Source of the DNA: an uncultured Spirochaetota bacterium | Lineage (GTDB): Bacteria > Spirochaetota > Spirochaetia > SZUA-6 > Fen-1364 | DNA: 64,000 nucleotides | Reading direction: 5' to 3' | NCBI GenBank assembly: GCA_963734545.1 | Contig: CAVTHO010000007.1 | Location: 544,001-608,000, forward strand | Made by a program: the position numbers and the translations under genes | Notes under the pieces: generated by a model | What the model was told of the DNA's origin: nothing | What the model saw: the letters and a program-made list of their open reading frames with translations, nothing else | Databases searched by the model: none | Part shown: positions 54,582-64,000 of the stretch, piece after piece | Position numbering within the stretch: the stretch's first letter is position 1 | How the letters are laid out: each line of letters begins with the position of its first letter

Positions 54582-55851
54582 TCCTCACGGAAAGACTGGC
54601 GAACGGAGCACTCCTGCTCCTGGAGCCGGTCGACCGCACGGATACCCTCTGCATCGGGTTCTGGTTTCTCCACGGCTCGCGGGACGAAGGGCCGAAGGAG
54701 CGCGGGTTTTCGCACTTCCTCGAGCACATGCTCTTCAAGGGGACGGCCCGGAGGAGCGCGCTCTCGATCGCGCAGGAGATCGACCGTGTCGGCGGCATCA
54801 TCAACGCCTTCACGGAGAAGGAAACCACCTGCGTCTACGCCATCATTCCGCGCGAGCACCTGCGGCTCGCCTTCGACGTTCTCACGGACATGACGATCGG
54901 CTCCCTCCTCGACGAGGCGGAGTTGGAGAAGGAGAAGGAGGTCATCGTCAACGAGATCCGTTCGGTGGACGATTCCCCGGAGGAGAAGGGACACGACCGC
55001 TACCTGCGCGAGATGTGGGGCGACCACCCCCTCGCCCGGAAGATCACCGGCGAGGTGGATGAGGTGCGCGGCGTCGTGCCGGATGACCTCGCGCCGCTTC
55101 TATCGGGAACGGTTCGTGCCCTCCAACACGATCATCGCAGTGGCCGGCAATTTCCCCCTCGACGAAGTCCGGGACCTTGCGCAGGCCATCTACGCGGGTG
55201 CCACGCCGGCGGCGCGGCACCCGCAGCCGCCACGGACAGCGCCTTCCTGGCAGAGGAAGGTCGCTGTGGTGCCGGACCGGTTCAACCAGGTCCAGATCTA
55301 TGCCGGCACCTGCTATCCCCTGGATCACGACAGTCGACCACTACTACACGTCCCTCGTCTTCAGCACCGCCTTCGGCGAGTCCATGAGCTGCCGCCTTTT
55401 CCAGAAGCTCCGCGAGGAGCAGGCGCTCTGCTACACGGTCTACTCGTTCCGCTCGTTCTTCTCGGACACGGGCATGTGGACGATATACGCCAACGCCACC
55501 CCGGCCCTTGCGCGGAAGTTCCTCGCCGCGCTCGACCAGGAGCTCACGCGGCTTCTGAAGGAGCCGCTCTCCGACACGGAGATCGGTGACGCGCAAAGCC
55601 ACCTCGTCGGGAGCATGATCCTCTCCCGCGAGGACATGGAAACGCGCATGAAACGTCTCGTGCGCCAGCACATGATGATGGACCGCATTCTCGAGTTCGA
55701 CGAGTCGGTTGCCGCTCTGCGCAGGGTGAGCGCCGGGGCGGTGGAGAGCTACGCCCGCCAATGCCTCAAAAGGAAGGCGTTCAGCCTCCTTGCCTACGGC
55801 AGCCGGGGCATGGCCGCCGTGCGGGGCTTCAACTTCACCTTCCCGGATTGA
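54578..55851 (+). CDS. M16 family zinc peptidase, split by indels
   Basis: [11 protein letters not shown] (HxxEH), [21 protein letters not shown]. Confidence 0.92.
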
Positions 55852-55854
55852 GCC

Positions 55855-56292
55855 ATGGACGAGCCCATAGTCAATTGCGCAGGGGGCCTTGGTGCGCTCC
55901 CCGAGTACCAGTCAGAGGGGGCATCGGGCGCGGACGTGCGCGCCCTGCTTCCGCACGACATCGTGCTGAAGCCGGGCCAGCGCGCGCTGGTCCCCACCGG
56001 GCTGCATCTGGAGATCCCGCGCGGCCTCGAGGGACAGGTGCGGCCGCGCTCGGGCCTGGCGGCGAAGAACGGGGTCACGGTGCTGAACGCGCCGGGAACC
56101 ATCGACAGCGACTACCGGGGCGAGCTGAAGGTCGTCCTGGTGAACCTGGGCGAAGCAGATTTCCGGATCAGCACGGGAGACCGGATCGCGCAGATCGTTT
56201 TCTCCCCTGTCGGCCGGGTCTCCTTCCGCCGTACAGGGACGACCGCGGAAACGGGGAGGGGGAGCGGAGGCTTTGGCTCGACCGGGGTGTGA
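55855..56292 (+). CDS. dut: dUTP diphosphatase
   Basis: [38 protein letters not shown]. Confidence 0.97.
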   Translation: MDEPIVNCAGGLGALPEYQSEGASGADVRALLPHDIVLKPGQRALVPTGLHLEIPRGLEGQVRPRSGLAAKNGVTVLNAPGTIDSDYRGELKVVLVNLGEADFRISTGDRIAQIVFSPVGRVSFRRTGTTAETGRGSGGFGSTGV

Positions 56293-57745
56293 GACGAGAC
56301 TTATTCCCGGGCTGGCACTCTTCATCATCGTTGCCCTGCCCTGCGCTGCCCAGCAAAGCTCGATCGAGGCTGCGAAGAATGCATTTTCCCGGGGAGAAAC
56401 GCAGGCCGCGCTGGAGGCGCTTCAGCGGGTCCGGTCCGGTGCTCCCGATCAACCGGTTCTGATCGAATCCCTTGCGTTGAGCGTGCGTTACTCCCTGGCG
56501 GCCGGAGACGCATACAAGGCCTCGTACTTTCTCCAGCTCCTCCAGGAGGCAGCCCCCGGCTCGGCGGCGTCATTCGAAGCCGGCATCGCCGTGGCAGTCT
56601 CCTACTACGACAAGCGATCATGGCGCGCCGCCCTCGAGTATTTCGGGCGCGCGACCGACGGCTTCCGGGAGGGCGTGAGCGGTCAAAGGAGCGTTTTCGA
56701 CCTCGCGCTTCTGCGCTGCGCCGAGCTTTCTCTGTACTTCGCGGAGGATTCCGTCTCCGCGCGCGCCTATTTCCGCAGAATTGTTCCGTCCCACCTGAAC
56801 GATTCAGAGTCGCGCTTGTACAGGGAAATGCGCGTGCGCCTCCTCTGGAGCGTGATATCCGCCGCCCGCCTGGGGCTGGATGATGCAAACGTGTCGAGCC
56901 TCACAGTGGATGGGGACGACCTGTGGGTCGGGACCTGGAACGGGGGGGTGTCGCGGTATTCGGTGTCCTCATCGCACGCCGACCCCTTCCCATTGCCCGC
57001 ATTTTCGCGTTCCATCGAGATTGCGGACCGAAGGGTGTGGATAGGCACGGCGGAAGGTCTTGCATGGTATGGCAAGAGCTCCGGCCGCTGGAGCGCGGAG
57101 GGAGATTTCCAGTCCCCCACGCCCAGGAAGGTACAGGCTGTCCGGCAGGCGGCAGGCACGCTCTACGTGGGAACGCTCGGAGACGGTATGTACCGTCGGG
57201 GAGACACCGGCTGGGAGCAGGTAAGCGATGGCGACCTGCCGGGAAAGTTCATCACCTGCATCGCGACGGACCCGGGAAGCCGGCGGCTATTCATCGGGAC
57301 CATGAACCTGGGCCTCGTGATCTACGATCCGCAGACAGGCGCCATGAGCACACTATCAGAGCTCGTCCCTGCATTCACAACGGAAAACATCGCAACCGTG
57401 ACCGCGGATTCCGAGGGACGTGTATGGATCGGGACATACGGTGAAGGCCTTTCCGTGTGGTCGCCGCGCGCGGGCACGCTCCGCCATTTCACCAGGGCGA
57501 CGAGGGAGATCGCTGACGATTGGATCCTTTCAAGCTGTGAAACGGATCGCGCTTTGTATTTTGGCAGCTTTGGAGGCGGGGTAAGCGTCTTCGTGAAGCA
57601 GACGGAGAGCTGGAAAAGAATGGGGATCCGGGACGGCCTGGCGTCCCTCGACGTTGCCGCCATCGCCTGGCGCCGGCCCTACCTGTTCTTCGGTACCCTT
57701 GGAGCGGGGGTAAGCGTGTACGACGAGGATTCAGATGGCGAATAG
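56273..57745 (+). CDS. Exported TPR-like + beta-propeller repeat protein
   Basis: Signal-like N-terminus, helical first third, then about 7 repeats of the [10 protein letters not shown] / [10 protein letters not shown] type; the start codon is uncertain. Confidence 0.75.
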   Translation: MARPGCETRLIPGLALFIIVALPCAAQQSSIEAAKNAFSRGETQAALEALQRVRSGAPDQPVLIESLALSVRYSLAAGDAYKASYFLQLLQEAAPGSAASFEAGIAVAVSYYDKRSWRAALEYFGRATDGFREGVSGQRSVFDLALLRCAELSLYFAEDSVSARAYFRRIVPSHLNDSESRLYREMRVRLLWSVISAARLGLDDANVSSLTVDGDDLWVGTWNGGVSRYSVSSSHADPFPLPAFSRSIEIADRRVWIGTAEGLAWYGKSSGRWSAEGDFQSPTPRKVQAVRQAAGTLYVGTLGDGMYRRGDTGWEQVSDGDLPGKFITCIATDPGSRRLFIGTMNLGLVIYDPQTGAMSTLSELVPAFTTENIATVTADSEGRVWIGTYGEGLSVWSPRAGTLRHFTRATREIADDWILSSCETDRALYFGSFGGGVSVFVKQTESWKRMGIRDGLASLDVAAIAWRRPYLFFGTLGAGVSVYDEDSDGE

Positions 57746-59061
57746 GGCATTGACTTTCGGCCACGGGAAGTGGATGCCTTTCCGGCACAGAAAAACATGG
57801 CTCTACATCGGGCAGGAATACTTCCTTTCCTTCGGGGTCGCCTTCCTCTTCTTCTTTTTCCTGTTCTTCCTGAATCAGGTTCTCGTCATGGCGGAGGAGA
57901 TATTCTCAAAGAAGGTGGCATTCTGGGATGTTCTGAGGCTGGTCATCTATTCCATGCCCGTCGTGATCGCTTTCTCCTTTCCCTTCGGCTCGCTCGTGGG
58001 CGCTCTCATGGCGGTGGGAAGGCTTTCCTCGGACAATGAGCTCCTTGCCTTCGGATCTCTCGGTGTGCCTCCTCGCCAGCTTCTGGCCCCGCTTCTGGTT
58101 CTCGGGCTGGCGTTCTCGCTGGTCTCTTTCGTGATGAACGACTATTTCATGCCGCTGGGCAACCTCCGATTTGCTGAAATCTACCGGCGTATTCTCTACT
58201 CCAACCCGGCGCTGGAGCTGGAGCCGTACTCGGTGAAGCGCTATGAAAACACGACCCTTATCACCGGTTCGGTGGAAGGCCGTCGGATCAACGACATTCT
58301 GATCGTCGACCGCTCCCCGGAAGGCAACCGGAGGATCATTACGGCCCGCGACGCGCGGCTCGAGCAGAGCGCCGATCAGCCCGGTGTCGTCTCCCTTGCC
58401 CTCGACAAAGTCTTTACGCAGCTCAGCTATCCGAAGGAAGGGGACAGGTACGACTACACCCTCTCGGATTCGATGGTGTACACCATACTGTTGAAGAACA
58501 TCACGAGCGCCACAATCGGAGGCCTTACGCCGTCCTCCATGAGCTCCGCAGACGTCTGGAAGCAGATCAACCTCAAGTCCGTGGACCAGCGCAAGGCGCG
58601 AAAGTTGAAAGACGAGCAGGTGGCAAGGCTCACGTTCGGGCTCGCCTCGGGGCTTCGCGCCTCTGAAGCCGTCCTCTCACGGACCCCGGGCAATGGCGGA
58701 GCTGCAGCGCAAGGCTCTCGAACCCCTCTGGAGGGAGCTTGTCGCGGAGAGAAGCCGCACCGTCACGGACCAGAGCCTCCAATCATACCTGGTGGAGTTC
58801 CACAGGAAGTTCTCCATGCCCGCCGCGTGCGTCGTGTTCGCCTTCTTCGCCTTCCCCGTGGGATTGCGGGCGCGGCGCAGCGGCCGTACCGTCGGATTTG
58901 GCGTGGGACTCTTCGTGGCCATCGTGTACTGGGGGCTGCTGATCGCCGGTCAGACATTCGGCGTGCGCATGTCCCTCGCGCCGGCCTTTTCCATGTGGCT
59001 GCCCGACGCAGCGGTGCTCCTGGCAGGTGTGATCTTTTTCGTGCGGAGGGCGTCCCGATGA
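57735..59061 (+). CDS. lptF: LptF/LptG family permease (first), indel near 58690
   Basis: GRLSSDNELLAFGSLG; periplasmic beta domain; EFHRKFSMPAAC in the second frame. Confidence 0.87.
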
Positions 59062-60137
59062 GGCTCCTGTACGGCATGCTGCTGAAACAGTTCCTCCCCA
59101 TCCTTCTCGTGGCGCTCCTGTTCTTCGTGCTCCTTCTCCAGCTCATCGACGTGTTCGGCAGCATCTGGCGGTATTTCGCGCACAATGTGGGAGTGCGCCA
59201 GGTGGCGTGGATCGCGCTGCTGTACCTGCCCAAGTGCATCTCTTTTGCGCTCCCCGTTTCGTTTCTCTTCGCGATTTCCTACACGCTGGGAATCTTCTAC
59301 GGAAACAACGAGCTCTTCGCGATCTTCGGCTCAGGGGTGAGCCTGCACAGGCTGGTCGTCCCCTTCCTGGTCCTCGGCATGCTCTTGAGCGTGGGAGCGT
59401 TCTTCTTCGATGATACGATCGTCATCCCCACGTTCCAGATGAAGAACGAGGCCTATGCGCAGGCCGTGAAGCAGATCACGTCTCTCAGCCAGTCGAATGT
59501 GACCGTGACGAGCCCCGACCAGCGCGTCATCTACATCTCCGACTACTACAACGACGCGCAGAAGAGGCTGACCGGCGTCACCGTGGTCGTGCGGGACGCG
59601 CAGATGAACCTGGTCAGCCGCGCGGACGCGCAGTGGGCGGAATGGGTCAACAACCGATGGGTGCTTCACGTGTGCAGGACATTCACGTGGGATCCGGCCG
59701 CCCGGCTTCTTTCCGCAGAAACCAGGGACACCTACGATTCGCCGGAGCTCGTGGAGCCTCCGGACACTTTCCGCAAGCTCGCCCGCAGCATCGCGGAAAT
59801 GAACCGGGCGGAATCCCAGCGGTACGTCGCGCTCATCCGCAAGGCGGGGCTTCCCTACCGCGAGGTGCTGACCGATTATTATCGGAAGTATTCCTTCGCC
59901 TTTACGCCGCTCATCGTCGCCTTCATTGCGAGCAGCCTCGGCAGCACGTTCAAGAAGAACATCCTCCTCATGAGTCTGCTCTCCGCGCTCGTGATCTCGG
60001 TCGCATTCTACGTGTCGCAGATGGTGGCGGCGATACTCTCGAAAAACGGCTTTATTCCCCCTCTTGCGGGAGCCTGGTCCCCCTTTACCGTGTTCATGGC
60101 CCTGGGATTCCTGCTGTTCAGGACAGCGCGCTCCTGA
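59058..60137 (+). CDS. lptG: LptF/LptG family permease (second)
   Basis: ATG 59058 overlaps the previous stop; NNELFAIFGSGVS, PPLAGAWSP. Confidence 0.87.
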   Translation: MRLLYGMLLKQFLPILLVALLFFVLLLQLIDVFGSIWRYFAHNVGVRQVAWIALLYLPKCISFALPVSFLFAISYTLGIFYGNNELFAIFGSGVSLHRLVVPFLVLGMLLSVGAFFFDDTIVIPTFQMKNEAYAQAVKQITSLSQSNVTVTSPDQRVIYISDYYNDAQKRLTGVTVVVRDAQMNLVSRADAQWAEWVNNRWVLHVCRTFTWDPAARLLSAETRDTYDSPELVEPPDTFRKLARSIAEMNRAESQRYVALIRKAGLPYREVLTDYYRKYSFAFTPLIVAFIASSLGSTFKKNILLMSLLSALVISVAFYVSQMVAAILSKNGFIPPLAGAWSPFTVFMALGFLLFRTARS

Positions 60138-61270
60138 TGCGTGCTCTGACCTTTTCCCTGCGGCACCGCGATCCCGGCTGCCGTGCGCGCACGGGGGCAA
60201 TTGCGCTGAATCATGGGACGGTCTCCACGCCGTGCTTCATGCCGGTCGGGACGAATGCCACCGTGAAGGCAATGCGCAACGGTGACCTCGAGGATCTCGG
60301 GGTGAACATGATCCTGGGAAATACCTACCACCTTTACCTGCGGCCGGGACGGGAAGTCATCGGCCGGGCAGGCGGCCTCCATGCGTTCATGGGATGGCGG
60401 CACAATCTTTTGACCGATTCCGGAGGGTACCAGGTGTTTTCCCTTTCCTCATTCCGAAAAGTGGAAGAGGAGGGGGTCTCGTTCCGGTCGCACATCGACG
60501 GTTCGTCCCACACCCTTACGCCGGAGGACGTGATCGATATCCAGACGACATTTGGCAGCGATGTGATGATGCCCCTGGACGAATGCACCTCGCCCGGCAT
60601 CCCGCGAGAGGATGCCGCGCAGGCCATGCGGCGCACCACGGACTGGCTGCGCAGGAGCAGGGACAGATGGCGCGAGCGGGATGCGCCATTCTCGGGACAG
60701 CTTTTCGGCATCATGCAGGGCAATTTCCACCAGGATCTGCGCAGGGCGAGCGCGGAGCAGATCTCCGCCCTGGATCTGCCCGGGTACGCCATCGGAGGCC
60801 TTTCCGTAGGAGAAGAGTTTCCCGTATTCAGGGACTTTCTGCATTTTTCAGCGGAGCTGCTTCCTGACGCAAAGCCGAAATACCTCATGGGGATCGGAAC
60901 GCCGGAGTATATTCTCGAGGCTGTTGAAGCGGGAATCGATCTTTTTGACTGCGTATTCCCCACCCGCACCGCGCGCAATGCCCAGGTCTTCACGTTTTCA
61001 GGACCCCTTTCGCTGCGCAATGAGAAGTATCGGACGGATTTCCAGCCCATCGACGAGGAATGCCGGTGCGAGACCTGCCGAAACCACACCCGCGCGTACT
61101 TGAGACACCTGTTCAAAGCGCGGGAGATCGAGGCCGCCGTGCTTGCCACATTCCACAACCTCGCGTTCATCCAGGGCCTGGTCCGCTCCATCCGGGAAGC
61201 GATCAGGCAGGGAGAGTTCCCGCGCTTCAAGCAGAAGTTCCTGGCTCGATACGCGGGAGGAAACGAGTAG
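60137..61270 (+). CDS. tgt: Queuine tRNA-ribosyltransferase, preQ1-type
   Basis: FMPVGT, NTYHL, TDSGGYQ, LDEC, GGLSVGE, CRCETC..H zinc site. Confidence 0.96.
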   Translation: MRALTFSLRHRDPGCRARTGAIALNHGTVSTPCFMPVGTNATVKAMRNGDLEDLGVNMILGNTYHLYLRPGREVIGRAGGLHAFMGWRHNLLTDSGGYQVFSLSSFRKVEEEGVSFRSHIDGSSHTLTPEDVIDIQTTFGSDVMMPLDECTSPGIPREDAAQAMRRTTDWLRRSRDRWRERDAPFSGQLFGIMQGNFHQDLRRASAEQISALDLPGYAIGGLSVGEEFPVFRDFLHFSAELLPDAKPKYLMGIGTPEYILEAVEAGIDLFDCVFPTRTARNAQVFTFSGPLSLRNEKYRTDFQPIDEECRCETCRNHTRAYLRHLFKAREIEAAVLATFHNLAFIQGLVRSIREAIRQGEFPRFKQKFLARYAGGNE

Positions 61271-61275
61271 GGCTC

Positions 61276-62148
61276 ATGCCGAAAAACGAGAAGGGACCTG
61301 GATCAATGAGCGTGTGCCGCGGGATCTGTCTTTCATGCTGGCTCCTGCTCCCTTCGCCGTTTCTCTTCGCGCAGGCGGCAGGCCCTGCCACGCTCGCGGT
61401 ACACCCGGCTCTCCACGCGAGCTCCTCGCTGCCGGTGGAGACGCCCGGACCCTTTCCCTCACCTCCCGGCAGCATCATCCGTGCCGCTCTTGCCTACAGG
61501 GGCGTGCCGTATGTGAGCGGGGGGGAATCACGACAGGGCCTCGATTGCTCAGGGCTCATTTACCGGGTATTCCATGACGAGGCCGGGCTCGATCTGCCGC
61601 GAGGCGTGCAGGCTCTTTTCAGGGCAGGTCCCCCCGCAGCGAGCCCACTCCACCTCGGCGACCTCGTGTTCTTCGACACCACGGCGGATGCATCACCTGC
61701 CTCTCCCACGCACGTGGGGGTGTACGCCGGGGCGGGTGCGTTCGTGCACGCTGCCTCGGAGGGATCGCGTACCGGTGTGATCGTCTCCACGTTGAGCAAT
61801 CCGTACTATCGGGACAGGTTCCTTGGCGCGCGCCGGTTCGTGCAGTGGCGCGCTCCCGTCCTCTCCCTCACCTTGACCGACAACCACAGGTCCCTGGTCC
61901 AGACCAGCCCGTTCCCGTCACGAGAGGAAATGAAGATCCGCGTCTCCAACGGAATGACGGGCGGGGGGCCGCTGGACCTTACGTTGCTGAAGGACGGTGT
62001 GCGCATGCTCGACGCGCGGATTTCCCCCTCCGCGCAGAGGCCTTCTGAAATCAGCCTTTTTCCGGACGCAGGTCAGTGGACGGTGCGCGTGTCGCGCATC
62101 TTCAAAGGCCGCGAGCTGCAGAACGTGACATTCTCGGTGGAAGAGTAG
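61276..62148 (+). CDS. NlpC/P60 (C40) peptidoglycan endopeptidase with extra C-terminal beta domain
   Basis: Signal peptide; GLDCSG, HVGVY and FVHAAS supply the Cys-His-His triad. Confidence 0.9.
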   Translation: MPKNEKGPGSMSVCRGICLSCWLLLPSPFLFAQAAGPATLAVHPALHASSSLPVETPGPFPSPPGSIIRAALAYRGVPYVSGGESRQGLDCSGLIYRVFHDEAGLDLPRGVQALFRAGPPAASPLHLGDLVFFDTTADASPASPTHVGVYAGAGAFVHAASEGSRTGVIVSTLSNPYYRDRFLGARRFVQWRAPVLSLTLTDNHRSLVQTSPFPSREEMKIRVSNGMTGGGPLDLTLLKDGVRMLDARISPSAQRPSEISLFPDAGQWTVRVSRIFKGRELQNVTFSVEE

Positions 62149-62151
62149 AGC

Positions 62152-63723
62152 ATGGGAGGGGAGCAGCACGCCGTCGACGCCCGATCCAGAACGCTTACAA
62201 CGATCCTGGTCATGGTGTGCACGGCGGCTTCCCGCCTGTTCGGGTACGTCCGGCAGGCGCTCATCGGCATCTACTTCGGTGATGCGGGCGCCGCGGACGC
62301 AATGAACGCCGTCTTTACCATCCCCAACAATCTCCGAAAGCTGTTCGCGGAAGGGGCCTTTTCCTCCGCTTTCATTCCGGTGCTCTCCTCGACGATCGAG
62401 GAAGACCCATCCGGGAAAAGGTCCCGGGACCTTGTCCGCACCCTTATCGCATTCCAGCTCCTCGTGCTCGTTCCCCTCGTCGGCCTGAGTCTGGTCTTTC
62501 CGAGAGCGTTCGTGGACCTGCTGACCAGGTTCAAGGATCCGACAAAGGTCGAAATGGGCGTGCAGCTCATGCGGTGGATGTTCAACTACATCCTTCTCGT
62601 CTCGTTGAGCGCCCTGGTCATGGCCGTGCTGAACTCGCACGGCAAGTTCGCGATCTCCGCCCTGAGCCCGCTGATGTTCACCCTGGCGACCGTGCTCTCC
62701 CTGTTTTTCTTCCACGACAGGCTTGGCATTGTCGCGCAGGGAGTCGGTGTGCTCGCGGGAGGCATTCTCCAGCTTCTCTGCCAGCTCCCCTCCCTCCGGC
62801 GGCAGGGATACCGGTTCTGGCCCAGCTTCAGGTTCAACAATCCGGACCTTGTGAGGACCGCAAAGCTGTGGGTGCCCTACCTTGCTTCCGCTTCCATCGT
62901 CGCAATCAATCAGTACGTCGCGACTCTGTTCGCAAGCGGTCTGGAGGATGGAAGCGTGACGGCGATCGCCAACTCGGTCATGTTTCTCCAGATCCCCCTG
63001 GGGATCTTCATGACATCCGTTGCCACCGTCCAGTTTCCGAAGATGAGCCGGCAGGCCGCCGCGCAGGATACGGAAGGGCTGCGGGGGTCCGTGTCGTACG
63101 GCATACGGTTCATCATTATTCTGCTCGTTCCCTCCGCGGTGCTCCTCTGCCTGTTCGGCAGGGAGATCATTTCGGCAACCATCCAGAGGGGGCAATTCAG
63201 GCCGCAGGGCACCCTGCTGGCTTCCCGGGCGCTTACGGCCTACGCGCTGGGGCTCGTCAGCATGGGTCTCTATACTTTCCTGCAGAGGCTGTTCAATTCC
63301 TTCAAGAGCTTCGCCGTACCGATCGCCAGCGCGGGTGTCATTGCGGTCATCGACATCGTGCTCTCGCTCATCCTGAAGGAGACGCCGCTGCGCGTCAGCG
63401 GGCTCGCCTACGCGAACACGATTGCGTTCACGGCGGGAATGATCTTGCTCATGGTGCTGGCCAGGCGTAGACTGGGCGGACTGGGGATGGCCTCGATCCT
63501 CAGCACGCTGGGCAAATCGATCCTCGGATCCCTGCCCATGGCGGCACTGCTCCTGGCATTCCTGCGCTGGAAACCGGACGCCTGGGTCCACGGGGGGTCA
63601 TTGGGCACAACAGCGTTATTTGCGGCCGTGGTGGCCGTTGCGGTATGTATCACCCTTCTGATGTATGTCCTTCTGCGGGTTCCCTTCCTCGCAGACCTTT
63701 TCAGGAAACGGCAGAAGACATGA
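62152..63723 (+). CDS. murJ: Lipid II flippase MurJ
   Basis: SRLFGYVRQ, IPNNLRKLFAEGAFSSAFIPV, QIPLGIF; multi-TM. Confidence 0.95.
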   Translation: MGGEQHAVDARSRTLTTILVMVCTAASRLFGYVRQALIGIYFGDAGAADAMNAVFTIPNNLRKLFAEGAFSSAFIPVLSSTIEEDPSGKRSRDLVRTLIAFQLLVLVPLVGLSLVFPRAFVDLLTRFKDPTKVEMGVQLMRWMFNYILLVSLSALVMAVLNSHGKFAISALSPLMFTLATVLSLFFFHDRLGIVAQGVGVLAGGILQLLCQLPSLRRQGYRFWPSFRFNNPDLVRTAKLWVPYLASASIVAINQYVATLFASGLEDGSVTAIANSVMFLQIPLGIFMTSVATVQFPKMSRQAAAQDTEGLRGSVSYGIRFIIILLVPSAVLLCLFGREIISATIQRGQFRPQGTLLASRALTAYALGLVSMGLYTFLQRLFNSFKSFAVPIASAGVIAVIDIVLSLILKETPLRVSGLAYANTIAFTAGMILLMVLARRRLGGLGMASILSTLGKSILGSLPMAALLLAFLRWKPDAWVHGGSLGTTALFAAVVAVAVCITLLMYVLLRVPFLADLFRKRQKT

Positions 63724-64000
63724 AAAGATTCGCCTCGGCACTCGCCCTGCTCGCCGCCTGCGCGCACCTCCTGAGCGCCGCGGACAACGCGGCGCTCGCC
63801 GAAAAGACGCGCCAGACCCTCCTGTACGGAATCGACAGCCAGGTGCTGGAGGTCATCCAGTCCCTCAAAACCGGCCGCGACTCCGGATTCACCAGGGAGT
63901 TGAGCGAAATCCTTGCCGGTCAGCGGTCCACGGCGCTTCGAAAGGCGGTACTCGAGCTTTTCCTGGAGCAGAAAGTCAGGGAAGGGGAGGGGCCTGCAAG
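63720..64000 (+). CDS. Exported helical (possibly HEAT-repeat) protein, truncated by window end
   Basis: ATG overlaps the murJ stop; MKRFASALALLAACAHLLSA signal, TLLYGIDSQV; open to the window edge. Confidence 0.65.
   Translation, partial: MKRFASALALLAACAHLLSAADNAALAEKTRQTLLYGIDSQVLEVIQSLKTGRDSGFTRELSEILAGQRSTALRKAVLELFLEQKVREGEGPA

Noticed and set aside
45789-55400. Stronger G/C third-position bias suggesting foreign DNA
   Set aside because: These are core, highly expressed genes in conserved order; codon optimisation explains the bias.
20966-59061. Many frameshifts suggesting pseudogenes or programmed frameshifting
   Set aside because: They hit essential genes (infB, bamA, rpsO, nusA, lepB) as single-base indels, with no in-frame stop decay or shared slippery motif seen. 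This fits long-read consensus error; read polishing would confirm.
57735-60137. Apparent 800-aa LptF-LptG fusion
   Set aside because: An indel near 58690 explains it; the real LptF C-terminus is in another frame and overlaps the LptG ATG.
60137-61270. tgt as a possible DNA-modifying (DpdA) or queuine-salvage enzyme
   Set aside because: The LDEC and GGLSVGE residues plus queA in the window indicate a canonical preQ1 tRNA enzyme.
1-64000. Long antisense or alternative-frame ORFs (e.g. 25485-27098, 38344-39987, 61918-63591)
   Set aside because: They are shadow ORFs of GC-rich coding genes with no family motifs.

Overview
This is a GC-rich chromosomal segment, most likely from an uncultured Spirochaetota (Spirochaetia) genome. 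The assignment rests on a PlzA-type PilZ protein, a zinc-ribbon-tailed NusA and Treponema-like gene order (smpB/lepB/hemW; tamB-bamA-skp-mutS; rimP-nusA-infB-rbfA-truB-ribF-rpsO-pnp-dut-lptFG). Bases ~20-64 kb are core genes, many broken by single-base indels that look like long-read consensus errors. Bases 1-20 kb are more accessory. They hold (i) a glycan-linked envelope locus: GT4, beta-helix lipoprotein, two FtsX/LolC-E-type permeases without an ATPase, a LolA-like carrier, a probable outer-membrane barrel and a Gnu-like epimerase; (ii) a stand-alone metacaspase; (iii) a membrane-anchored, probably periplasmic PIMT coupled to a fused MFS/methyltransferase; and (iv) TraB, further methyltransferases, Fsr, AqpZ and a flavoprotein, followed by tmRNA. 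The best leads are the Lol-like glycan export locus with a shared SGDxDSLF motif, the PIMT/MFS-MTase pair, a barrel-less TonB-box-like protein heading tonB-tamB-bamA-skp, and recurrent leaderless or bidirectional promoters. I saw no CRISPR array, integrase, transposase or prophage. All calls come from motif recognition by eye; no searches were run.
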